From the human T2T-CHM13v2.0 reference genome, Homo sapiens, in assembly GCF_009914755.1 (NCBI RefSeq), contig NC_060934.1: a stretch of 64,000 nucleotides of DNA. One strand, given 5' to 3'. The position numbers and the translations under genes are program-made. Positions 13,696 to 25,372 of the stretch are shown one piece after another (position 1 is the stretch's first letter; every line of letters begins with the position of its first letter). Under the pieces are notes generated by a model. It ran no database searches and had not been told where the DNA came from. It was given only the letters and a program-made list of their open reading frames with translations.

Positions 13696-14016
13696 TGTGG
13701 TGGGTCAAATGGTGCCCCCAAAAACCTCAGAATGTGACTGTGCTTGAAATAAGAGTCTTTGCAGAGACAAAGAAGGAGACACAGAGAGACAAAGAGACGA
13801 AGAGAGGAGGGTGATGTGAAGATGGACGCAGAGATCAAATCCATGAAGCTAAGGAATTCCAGGAAGCGGAGAGAGCTGGGACAGAGATATGGAACAGACC
13901 CTCTCTCTGAGCTTCCAGAAGGTGTGATTTTGGACTTCTCATCCGCAGCTCTGGGAGAGAATAAATTTCTGTTGTTTTAAGCCACCTAAGCCACCCAGGT
14001 AGTGGTAATTTGCTAT
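13696..14016 (+). mobile_element. MLT1C/B-like LTR with internal deletions
   Basis: TGTGGTGGGTCAAATGGTGCCCCCAAAA...GATTTTGGACTTCT...GAGAGAATAAATTTCTGTTGTTTTAAGCCACC. Confidence 0.85.
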
Positions 14017-14024
14017 TGGTTGAG

Positions 14025-14083
14025 TGCATGTGTGTGTGTGTGTGTGTGTGGTGTATGTGTGTGTGTGGTGTATGTGTGTGTGC
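14025..14083. repeat. (TG)n microsatellite, interrupted
   Basis: Direct reading. Confidence 0.9.
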
Positions 14084-14869
14084 ACGCTTGGGAATGGTGG
14101 CATAATTGTGGAGCATGTGGACTGAACTACTGAACTGTGATGGGATTGCAGCTACAGGACAAGGAGGTGCAATCACATATCGTTGTCCTGACTAATGGAG
14201 GCGACGGCTGGGTGTTCCACCTGCCCCTTCTTACAATAACTGTTTGATGTCACTCTGTTTCAGGGTAATACTGTCTATAGCAGCTATTCATTCTAAGAGC
14301 TGAGTGGTGCCAAAAGTAATTAGCAATGCATTTGTCAAAAACAGTGTCTCAATTCAGGTGCTAGAATTTGGCAGAGGCTCTAGGATGATGTTTTATAACA
14401 ATGTTTGTCATGAGTCAGGAAACACATCGACAATGTTTCCGTTTAAAATTGTTTTTAGTTTTTTAAAAAACTGTCTTTTTAAGAAATATAGTAAAGGATA
14501 ATCTTATAATTTTTCTCTTCAATGTTGTATAAGCCCCCTGATGAAATAAGCAGAGATTATAGTCCAGAATGATATTTAATTAATGTGTCCCGATACAATA
14601 TTTTATAATCAAACGGGGAAGAGACATTCTATTTAAACTTTAATTGTTACCAATCATCACGGGGTATGCTAAATAATATTTTCTGGTTATTTCAGTTTTC
14701 ATTGGAATTTCAATTTCCACGGGCATAAAATGGAAGTTTTGGGTGACTGCTAAGATCATAGGATCATGGTCCCCGAAAGCACCAATGAGCAGCCACTCTT
14801 CAGAGGAGTGTGGGGAAAGCTCCTCAGTGAATCCAGTAATTACAAATTTGAGGTCTGCACCGGTAACTA

Positions 14870-15590
14870 CAGTCACTCCCTCCCCTTATCCACAGGAATA
14901 TGTTCCAGGACCACTAGGGGACGCCTGAAACCCCAGATTGCCATCAATTGAAATACATTGCTGTTCATGTCTTCCACCCACAAATGTAATGCCCTTTCTA
15001 TATTAACTAAGCATTTATCACACACTGTGCCTGTACATTGTGCATTTTGAGGTGTAACAACAAAACTGGCTTGAATTTCTTTTTCCTTCTACACAATTTC
15101 ATGGACAGAAGATTCGTTCTTACAGGAAATCCTAGCAACCTCAGTATATACATATATATATCTTTTCTTTCCTCAAGTTAAGAACTTCTGCATTTTCACT
15201 TAAAGGAAGCATTTAATAACTCCTCTTTGGCATCTCCAAATTGTCAGCCTCACTACTCTTGCGCATGGGGCCACTATTAAGTAAAAGAAGGGTCACTTGA
15301 ACACCAGCTGCGATATCAGCACAGTCAATCTAATCATCATGGCAGCTGCTAAGTGATTAATGGGCGGGGAGTGTCTGCAGTATGATATGCTGCAAAAAGC
15401 AATGATTCACGTTCTGGGTGGGACAGAGCAGGATGGGAGCAGATTATATCACACTACTCAGAATGGAGCTCAATTTAAAACTTATGCATTGCTTGTTTCT
15501 GAAATTTTTCGTTTAATATTTTTGGATTCCAGTTGATTGCAGGCAACTAAAACCACAGAAAGCAAAACCGTGGATATGTAGGACAGCTCT
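14870..15590 (-). mobile_element. MER44C/D-like TcMar-Tigger DNA element
   Basis: TA followed by terminal inverted repeat CAGTCACTCCCTCCCCTTATCCAC. Other end GAAAGCAAAACCGTGGATATG. Internal CACACTACTCAGAATGG...AATTTAAAACTTATG. About 720 bp. Confidence 0.85.
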
Positions 15591-15848
15591 CTTCTAAGGC
15601 CCACCATTGGCTCAGCATTAAAGAGCAGTAGGGGAGCCATGGTCTCAGCAGTGGCTGGACCGTTGTCCCTGAGACCTGTTCTCAACAATACTTCCTTGTT
15701 ATTTCCAGAAGCTTAATGTACCCAAATTGCTTACCACTGTTTGGAAGTTAATTTGCAAATATCTTTCAAAATCTAAAACACATTTTCTTTGACACGTCAA
15801 TTCCATTGCTAATAATTTAACTTTATCGATATGTTTAAGAAAGACCAG

Positions 15849-16215
<367 letters not shown>

Positions 16216-16848
16216 TCAACCCCTGACCACCCCTTCCTCTTGAACTAAAAGTGAATAATGAAATCCTGCTGTGTTCCTTTGGTATTCGGCAGGCCACACA
16301 AAGGGCTGGGGGGCCTCTGCAGAGCTGGCTGGTATCTGCACATTCTGTTAAACCTCATTCTCTGATTGAAACTCTATTTACTTTTAGGTTTGTAAAATAA
16401 TTTCAGGGTAAGCCCATCTTGTGGTGTCTGGAACTAATTTATGTATTCCCTCATTTGACAGCCATGTAATACTCTTCTGTCCTGAGTCAAAAGGGTCACA
16501 ATTGTATATATTTTTGGGTACTCAACTTCTACCCTGAGGAAAACAAAAAGTGTGGAGGCATTGCGAAATAAACCACCCCTGTGTACTAGGATGTGTTTCA
16601 CCAGCCACTCAGTAGCTGCGGGCCCAAGACAGTCAGGGTGATGAATAAAACTTCATCCTCAGGCACTGAGTGGATTACACCACAGAGAGATCTAGGAATT
16701 AATTAACGGCACTGTCAGGAAGGACCAGTCTTTGTCTCTTGGTATCCTAAAATGTTCCTTTATTAATATCCAAGCAATCATAGTATGGTTGAATTCCAAG
16801 AAGAAATTCCAAGTTTCACAGGCACTAGCAAAATAAAGGTTCAAAATT

Positions 16849-16971
16849 GCACACACACGCACAAACACCCCCACACACTCATCATACAGTCACACACACA
16901 CAAATGCACATAGATACACATACACCCCCAAACACACACACTCACACGTACTCAGAGAGAGAGAGGAGAGA
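16849..16971. repeat. Degenerate (CA)n/(GA)n tract
   Basis: Direct reading. Confidence 0.8.
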
Positions 16972-17089
16972 AAATCCCAGAATTTTGGGTAACAGAAAAA
17001 ACCTTCTAAAATACCTACATAAATAGGCAATTAATATAAAACCCATTAAAATATATTATGATTAAAACTGATTAAAATAAATATGTATT

Positions 17090-17410
17090 TCATAAATTAT
17101 GAAATTATGAATTTCAATACAATGAAATGCAATCAACCTTCAAACAGGATGAGATGGTTCTCTAGGTACTGATAGGAAATGTTCTAATGTTTCGTTAGAA
17201 TATGTACAAAGGTACATATGCCATTTGATTCTATTTGTGTTAAAACGAAAGCTATCCTGTTGACTCGTACTCAAAAATCCTTTCAGAAGGAACACTAAGA
17301 ATCAAGTCAATTGCTACTTAGAGGAGAGTGAATGGAGTAAGGAATTTATGGCAAATTACATTTTACTTTTCAGTGTAAGCCTTTATTTTTTTACTTTGTG
17401 CATAGACTAA
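17090..17410 (+). mobile_element. L1ME-type 3'-end relic
   Basis: CAATACAATGAAATGCAATCAACC...AGGTACTGATAGGAAATG...TGATTCTATTTGTG resembles the L1ME3/4 3' UTR. Confidence 0.5.
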
Positions 17411-17415
17411 AATTA

Positions 17416-17416
<1 letters not shown>

Positions 17417-17442
<26 letters not shown>
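17417..17442. repeat. (TG)13 microsatellite
   Basis: Direct reading. Confidence 0.95.
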
Positions 17443-17448
<6 letters not shown>

Positions 17449-18157
17449 TTACACATTTCCATGCAGAGAAGAAACTGCTCCTGCACTTCACACCCCCACT
17501 TTGAGATCCGTCCTGTCTAATGCCTTCCCTGTGAGTAACAACCATTTCCTTTCTTAAGGCAGTAAATAACCATATCACTCCAAAATTGTTTAATAGTGGG
17601 CTGTCTCATATTGGAAGCTGTTTGGGAGTCTGTGGTGCTTCCCAGGACTGTCATCATGCCCAAAGCGTGAACCACGCAATCTACTTCTCATTTTCACTTT
17701 ACAAGCCTTCTTAGAAAGTTTAGCGCATAGTGGGTAGAAATCAGTATGTTTATTCATATGCAATCAGAATATCTTTCGGATGAAAAATAGCAAAGGTTTC
17801 AGATGACTTTCACATCCATGGTTGTCACGTTTGTGGACCTTAAATGTCGACTCTGAAGACAGAGGGGACACACAGAGACCACCTGGAGATTTTGCCTCTT
17901 GCTCCCTAGGCTTCGAGGGGCTTTTAAACTAGTTTGGTTTGGTTTAATTCACTGAGGCTGGTTCATTATTTCATTCTTTGTATAAACGTGCTGTGAGTGG
18001 TCACTGTGCCCTGGTTTGTTCCAGGTAAGGGGCATGCAAAGATGAACCAGGCTGGCTGTGAGGGTGTGCCCATGATGGCACCTGCTTCACAGCCTGTGGT
18101 CAGTGGTCCAGCCAAGTCTCATCACAGTGCATGTTTCCCAGACCAATCCTGGTAACT

Positions 18158-18663
18158 CCTGGGTTAGCTCAGGTCCTTTAAGAAACAGGAGTGAAACCAA
18201 CGTGTAAGAAGTCTATTGGGGAATATGCCTGTAAGGGATGAACTAGGGTAACATGGGCTGTCAGGGAGCACCTTCCACCATGGGTCAAGCCTCACCACCT
18301 GAAAAGGGAGGGGCAGGAAGAAGTGGTGCAAGGTAGGAAGAGACTCAAAGACACACTCTAAGACTCCTCTGAGAGGAGGCCTTCAGCTAAATCATCCAAG
18401 AGGGATCTGGTGACTGCGGGAATGGGAGGCACAAGCACCCCATGGTGCTGAGTCATGGACTGGGGGCTGTCTGATGGAAACGGAGCCCTGATGTGAATAC
18501 AGAGATAAGTCCAGAAAGGTAGAGACTGAAGTTGTCAGATAACACTCTCCCCACACCTGGGCTGTCAGGTAAACCCCTCCCCAGAGCTGGACTGTCAGGC
18601 AGCCCCTCCCTGCAGCTGGGTTCTACAAAGGATACCTGAGCCAGGCCCCCCACAGCAACCACA
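18158..18663 (-). mobile_element. LTR16A-like ERVL solo LTR
   Basis: AAGAAGTCTATTGGGGAATATGCCTGTAAGGGAT, GGTAGGAAGAGACTCA, GTGCTGAGTCATGGACTGGG, ending GATACCTGAGC...GCAACCACA. Confidence 0.7.
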
Positions 18664-21460
18664 CTAACCAAGTTCCAGCCCTGTTGTCATTTATTGTGGA
18701 AAAGACATTTTGAGGTAATTGTATGCATATGTAGAGTAAGGACAAGAAGTCATAAATGTCACTAGGGTAAATAAAGCAAGATACAAAGGGGAACCTTTGG
18801 GGTGCTGATATTTGGGACGAGAAGAGCCAGGCAGGCATCAGAAGGCAAGTGCAGGTGTCCAGGAAAAGGGTCGAGTGACCCAGAAAAGGATGGGGATCAG
18901 GAGAATGACTGGGACTGAGATTCTGGGGTGAAGGGAGAGCCAGCAGGGGTTGGATGCAGACAAGGACAGACCCCATGGGACATGTCCCTGGACATGACAG
19001 GGAGAGGGAAGCAGGGACTCCACAGCATCTGGGCTGGGCACCTGGGCGGTGGCCGCCCCATCCACTGCTGCCACGTTGACCACCTGCGGTGGGGAAGCCC
19101 AGTGGGTTCTGGACTGGGTGGGGATGAAGGTTCTCTCTGGGGCTTGTTACACTTGGGAACCAGCCGACGGGGGCCCCACAGGGCCAGCATGGTTGCTGGG
19201 GAATGGGAGGGAAACAGCTGTCTGGGGTCAGTGGCTACCTGCTGTCTTGAGAGCTCCACATAAGCATTGCTGACTTGGCTCCTGTGGGCACCGGGGCAGG
19301 GCTCTGTCTGCAGAGATGAGGGCAATCGTGTTTCCCCAGGCCCAGACCGGGTGGGGGCCAAGCTCCTCAGCCCTGCTGGGCTGCCCATCGGCCAAGCAGC
19401 ATCCTCTCTCTCCCTGCGGGTCTCTCGCCTCAGGGTATCTCCCCATTTTCTTTCTATTTTCTTTAATTTTGGGGTTTCATCTTTTCCCTTCAACATTTCT
19501 CCATAGCTGTTTTTCTGTGACAGGGGTTGAGTCACCAATAATGATAGTTCTGCTCCTGTAAGAACCTTAGAGTTCTCTGAACATGGTTATTTTATCACAA
19601 GGCTTACACCCTTTCAGTTCTACCGTATGTATCGGAGAGGGAGATCGCCAAATTTGGACCTGCAGGGCGCACAGGAGGGTACCGTGTGTGTTCATTTCAC
19701 AAAGGCGGGGTCTCAGTCCCTGGAGCTGCACGCGGTCAAGGCCCAGGCCCTGCCTTCCAGGGTCCCCTCCGAACTCCAGGCTGGTGCAGTGGCCGCTGCT
19801 CGAGCCGCTTTGCAGACTTCCTTTATGCCCTCCAACAGGAACAAAGCAAAAAAGTTAACTCACTTCTGCTCATAAAAGTCGCCAAATAAATGAAAATTCG
19901 ATAATTTACTGCAGTGCATTCTAGACAGAAAATGGAGAATTTGAGCACGTTTTCCTGGCTCCTTTCCCTGGTCCCACCTGTATCTCTATTACAGGGACAA
20001 ATGGGGCTAATCTCACTGATGCGATTCAGCACATGAACATGTGTCTGCCGAAGCAAGAACAATTTAGTCGTTGACCTGAAGCCCTGGCTGCAATGAACAA
20101 GCTTCGTTTTCCTAAGCAGAAGGTAGCGTAAGAGGCAGAGGCATTGAGACCAGCTGCACAAGAGGAGAAATCCGGCGTACGTGGAGGTGGAGGGAATTTA
20201 GCTTCTTTGAGAAACCTGGTGAGGAATAAAATGTACTTGTTTTCGTCCGAGTTAGACTTGCTGGACGGGCACATGATTATGGACACCACCCCCATTTCAG
20301 TAACGCTGTTCTGTGTCTAGCTATTAGGACTATGTGCCTAATAAATGGATAAATCACACCGTTTCCTCCTTTTAAAACAGGGAATAAAGATAGTTTGAGA
20401 GTGCAGGTCGAGACAGAGCAATGAAATGTCCAGGATGAGGCATTTTGTTTAAGAGACACGCGTGAAGCTCAGCGCTTGACGAGACAGGAAGGCAGAGCTT
20501 CACGTGCGATGGACCCTGATTGACAAGGCTTTTAAAGCATGGCTTCGCTGTGACTGACAATCATGCTGGGGAAGAGATGAACAGGTAATTGCAGTTCTGT
20601 TCTATCTTTGCATAAATACTAATGCCCTAAATAGTCCTGCCAGCTTGGAAAGAGATAGTCTGAATAAAGGCTGCCAACCAGAAACTCCACCCCGGTAGAG
20701 AGAAGGTCAGACCCCAAACTGCTATGAAGCAACAGACGCTTTCAAATTCCTTAACTACCAGTGGGATGCACATTGCATTTGGAGGCAGAAGGCCAGAGAG
20801 AATCCCAGACTCATCACTTATTTGTGCATTTCCCAAGGGGGGTAATTTCGACTTTGACTTTCAGTCTTTTCTCAGTTAAAATAGGATTGAAAACACGGAG
20901 GCTTCCTAATGCACGCAGGTTCTATAAGAAGCATGGAAAACCATGCACAGAGAAAGACTTGGACCATTGTGATGGCTGCGCTCCAGATTCCATGAATGCA
21001 TTTACCACATTGTATTAAAAATTGTACATTTATTAAACTAGCTAGTTGGATGGTGATTTTCTTAAGTAAAACTTTAGCTAAGTCACTGTTGTATCCTATG
21101 GATTTAGTATAGTGCTGATAAAAGCAGGAGAGTAACAAAATATATAAATGGAATAAACTTCAATCCTTATTCTAAATGCAGTTTTGAAATCTAAGAAAGT
21201 TTCCAAAACTATAAATAGAAAATTTCTATTCACTCTTCTGTTCATTCATGGAATGTCCAACAGCAAATGGGTAAGTCCTGGGTGGAATTCTCTTTTCGAC
21301 AGTGTGACAGTTCCTCTCGGTAAGAAGCACAGGAATGGTAAAGAGGGTAAAAATGACAATCCCCTTCGCAACAAAGATTACAATAACTAAAAAGTGCATG
21401 CTCCTAGGAAACGTCATTGAGGTCACCTTCATGCCAACTGCTACATTTCCTGCTCCTTCT

Positions 21461-21586
21461 GCAGGTTCCGCTGCGACTTCCACGGGGCCAACCCTCCTGG
21501 AAGCAGGTTCCACTGAGCTATCCATGGGGCCAACCCTGCTGGAAGCAGGTTCCACTGTGACTTCCACGGAGCCATCCCTGCTGGAA
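21461..21586. repeat. Minisatellite, 3 x 42 bp
   Basis: Units start at 21461, 21503 and 21545. Consensus GCAGGTTCCACTGnGACTTCCACGGGGCCAACCCTGCTGGAA. Confidence 0.95.
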
Positions 21587-23290
21587 GGATTTGGGCCAGG
21601 AAGTTTTGATCTTCAGTGTCTCCACTCCTTACCATTTCTATTCTTGGAAAGTTTATTAAAATAGACCATAAAATTATCTTGGAAGATGAAAAAATAAGGT
21701 TCCCAAAGTGCTGTGCACACCTGAAATGTGAACGTTTGGGAGGGTTGTTGCCGGTGAGAGACCCACATTTGTTTCCCCTCTGGGGTGGCTGCTGCTGTGT
21801 GCTGTTGGCCAGAGAGGATTTCCCAAGACTCCCCAGAACCTAGCATGTGCAGCCCTGTTGCTCTCTTCTCCCACCTCCTACCAAGAGTCCAATGAATTGT
21901 TGTTTAAAACAAAAAGTTCTGAGTTTTATCCCCCATCGACACAATTAAATCCACAAATTGGCCTTTAGAAAACCGTCCCAGGTAATTTTTAGGCCTATGC
22001 AAATGTGAGAGCCTAATAATGAATTCCAATCATCATTTTTGACCATCGTTATTTTTCTCAGCAACTGCTTCCTGCAGGTGACCTATACACTGTCTGCCAC
22101 CTGCTGACTTCAGCCCAGCACCTAGGATCCCAGCCTCCCTGCCCGAGTCCCACCATCCTGCCAAGAAGCCTGTGGATAAACAGCATCAAAACCAGAGCCT
22201 CAAATGCATGACTGGGCAAACGCATGAGTGTGGAAAAGTCCCAGTAAGGAAGTGGCCAGTTGGAGGTAGGATGCCTAGAAAAAATTCTTGGAATTTGTGA
22301 GCCAAGGCCTCAGTTTCCTCCTGTGAGCACAGCAGGATTGAGTAATTTGCAAGTTACTATTCTGGTCAAAGACACTTGCCTAGATTGCAAGTTGGCTTCT
22401 GGAGGAGTGTGCACATACTCAGCGAGCAAGCAGCCACCAAGGCCCCAGCCTCAACCATGTGAGCATGCCACATGGGGTTGAACCAGTCAGTGGGTTTCAA
22501 GAGAGTATTTCTCACATCATCTTCATGCATTATCAGAGTACATGTGTAAACACCAGAATCAGTGTCTAGTTAAAAATAAAAACACCGTTTTCCTTACCCT
22601 CCTCAGCTTCCTATGAAATCAACACTTCATGCGTATTTTTCCTTAGAGAACTTGTATTAAAATACAAAAATATGAAGTGAATATCTGTTAGAAAAAATAA
22701 GTAAAACTAGTCCCTTGTATCATTGGAATTTTGTTGTTAAATCTCAAATGCATAGTGTGGCATGCTTGCACTCTCTTTTTCTCTCTTCCTTTCTCCATCT
22801 TCCTTGTCTAAATATGAGACCCCTTTTGCCTGAAACATTTTTAGTCTAAAAATAGAACTACCAGAGGGTGTTTTTTTTTTGAGTTTGTTTTTAATGGATC
22901 AATTTATCTTGAGAAGGGGAAAAACAAAACTTAAATGCTCTTAAAACCTATACAGGTTTTCAGAACGAGATGCTTTCCTTTGGTGAATATTAAACGATAA
23001 GTGTTGAGTTTGACAGAAGAATAGTTTAAATTAGCTCTAAAAATATACTTCCTGATTTTAGGAATTTGGAGAATATTACTAAGATATTCAGTCAATGATT
23101 GATTATTTTTAAGCAGATGAACCGTTTTTCGCACTTATAGTCACAAAAACTGTGCAATCAAATGCACTTATTAAAAATACTAATGACTAGTAAAGATGAC
23201 TACATATTAGAAATCATTTACTAGCTGGAGTTTTACAAAAATTAATAGATACTATTCTCCCATTTGAAATGACTCTCTTGATTGTTATGT

Positions 23291-23497
23291 GCATACCTAT
23301 CTACTGGCAGCTAACTAGCTACATGCCTATTAGCAGCTAACTAGCTGCATAACTGTCTAACTAGCAGCTAACAAGCTGCATACCTTTCTACTAGCAGCTA
23401 ACTAGCTGCATACCTATCTACTTGCAGCAAACTAGCTGCATACCTCTCTATTAGGTGCTAACTAGATGCATGCCTGTCTACTAGCAGCTAACTAGCT
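23291..23497. repeat. Minisatellite, 7 x ~30 bp
   Basis: Consensus GCATACCTnTCTACTAGCAGCTAACTAGCT. Unit lengths 30, 26, 31, 30, 30, 30, 30. Confidence 0.95.
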
Positions 23498-24887
23498 GTC
23501 CATTTACTGTGAAGGGGAGAAGGATCTGATCTTAGTGGGCACTCCTATTTCCTGGTAAACACATTATTTTTCCAAAAGCAAATAGAAAACTAGAGAGGTT
23601 TTTCGCTCTTTCTACTCTTGCCTTTTAAAAACTAACAACATGAGAAAAGCAGGGAACCAGAAATAGAAGAAATTTTGAATTAAAACATGGGCCTTGACTT
23701 TGAAGACTTGCGTGTCTGAAACTATGAGAGCTTAAAGTCAAATATTTAAAAGACTCTAATTAAGTACTAGATAGATTCGGCATTCCGCTTCTACTGTATC
23801 TGAGCTTCGTGTAACAAACATCAAGGGAGTGGAAGACCTAAACGGAAACCTCCGATTTCTCCCTGACGAGCTTAATGGTTCATTCAGTTGAACCTGGGCT
23901 GATGCGCTGAGAAAGAGCAGCATGAACTGGGGTGGCTGAGAGCGGACAGCAGGGGTCCCTGTTTGGACTCCCACTTCAAGTGGACTCCATCACAACCAAG
24001 GTCCTGAGAACTGGAGAAGACGAGGGTGCCAAGGTTTATTTTCTCCGATGCCACTTGCAGACACTATTAATCTCACATAGCAGTTTCCTCCAAAGCAAAG
24101 AAGTGATCTCAGAGGCCTCTCCACCAATGTCCAGGCAGCCAGCACCCATCAATCAGAGGTGCTGTGCAGAAAGATAGTTGCTGCCGTCAACAGAGAATTT
24201 CCACCAGACAACTTGGAAACGAGAGCTAGCAACCGGCAGAGTTGACGGCTATTCCATGGGCTTCACTGTAGTACTCAAAAAATGAAGATCTCAGCTCAAA
24301 AAAAATTTGTTTAGCTCAGCAATCATAAGCTATTTTAAAATATAACTTATTTTTTCTACTTTTTTTAGTTTATATGATGTCTTGTGTTATAAAATGTCAA
24401 AGTTATAAGTAGGTTCCTAACTATGATATGCATTTTACCTGCTTACATATCCTTTTATTCACTTATTTTAAATGTGTCATTTTGGTTAATGGAACGTTGA
24501 ATACTGATGCAATTTCCTTAGCTATATATTTAAAGAAATGTAAATGCCAATCTCCCCTAATCTAAGATAGATATGGAGATGTAACACGTGAGGGTAGACC
24601 AAGAGATATTTTATCCTTTATATGTGAATTTCCCACCCACGTGAGTCTCTACATAGAGCAAATAAATGATCAGCGCACTATGAGAAGTGGAGAAGCTCAC
24701 CTAAACTTGTTTTCTAAACTTACAGCCTGAGAGACACCTGCGTCTCACAGTAGGATGACATTAAGGGCATGCATCTCTTGAATGCAGCTACTGCTGTTCT
24801 CATTGGAGCTGAATTTCACGTGGGACTATCAAGAAGTCCTCACCTTATCATGGAGCACAGAACCATGATGTCCTATTCACAACTTAG

Positions 24888-25170
<283 letters not shown>

Positions 25171-25189
25171 GGCTCCAGAGTTGGGTTGT

Positions 25190-25372
25190 GGCTTTCAGTC
25201 TGGGTTTGGATCTTTTGTCCGCTGCATATTGGCAGCCTAACACAGCGCCCTGGCTTTCTCCTCGACGGAGTGGAGACTAATAATACGGACCTGACAATAT
25301 TTTGTGAAGATGAAAGGTAAGTAAAGAGCTTAGTGTGTCTCCACACACATTCTGAGTGTTCAACACTGTTGA
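25190..25372 (+). mobile_element. MIR relic
   Basis: CTGGGTTTGGATC, TTTCTCCTC...GGAGACTAATAATA, TTGTGAAGATGAAA and GTAAAGAGCTTAG are collinear with the MIR core and tail. Confidence 0.55.

Noticed and set aside
18897-19538. Longest ORF (213 aa, minus strand)
   Set aside because: Non-ATG start, Pro/Ser/Arg-rich composition typical of GC-rich non-coding DNA, no recognisable domain, and overlapping ORFs in several frames.
17990-22270. Multi-exon plus-strand gene model from scattered splice signals (donors 18025 and 20585; acceptors 19523, 22061 and 22077)
   Set aside because: Such sites are common by chance and I could not join them into a coherent reading frame.
23291-23497. CRISPR-like array (palindromic repeat with spacers)
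   Set aside because: The spacers are homologous and only about 14 nt, there are no cas genes, and the DNA is primate.
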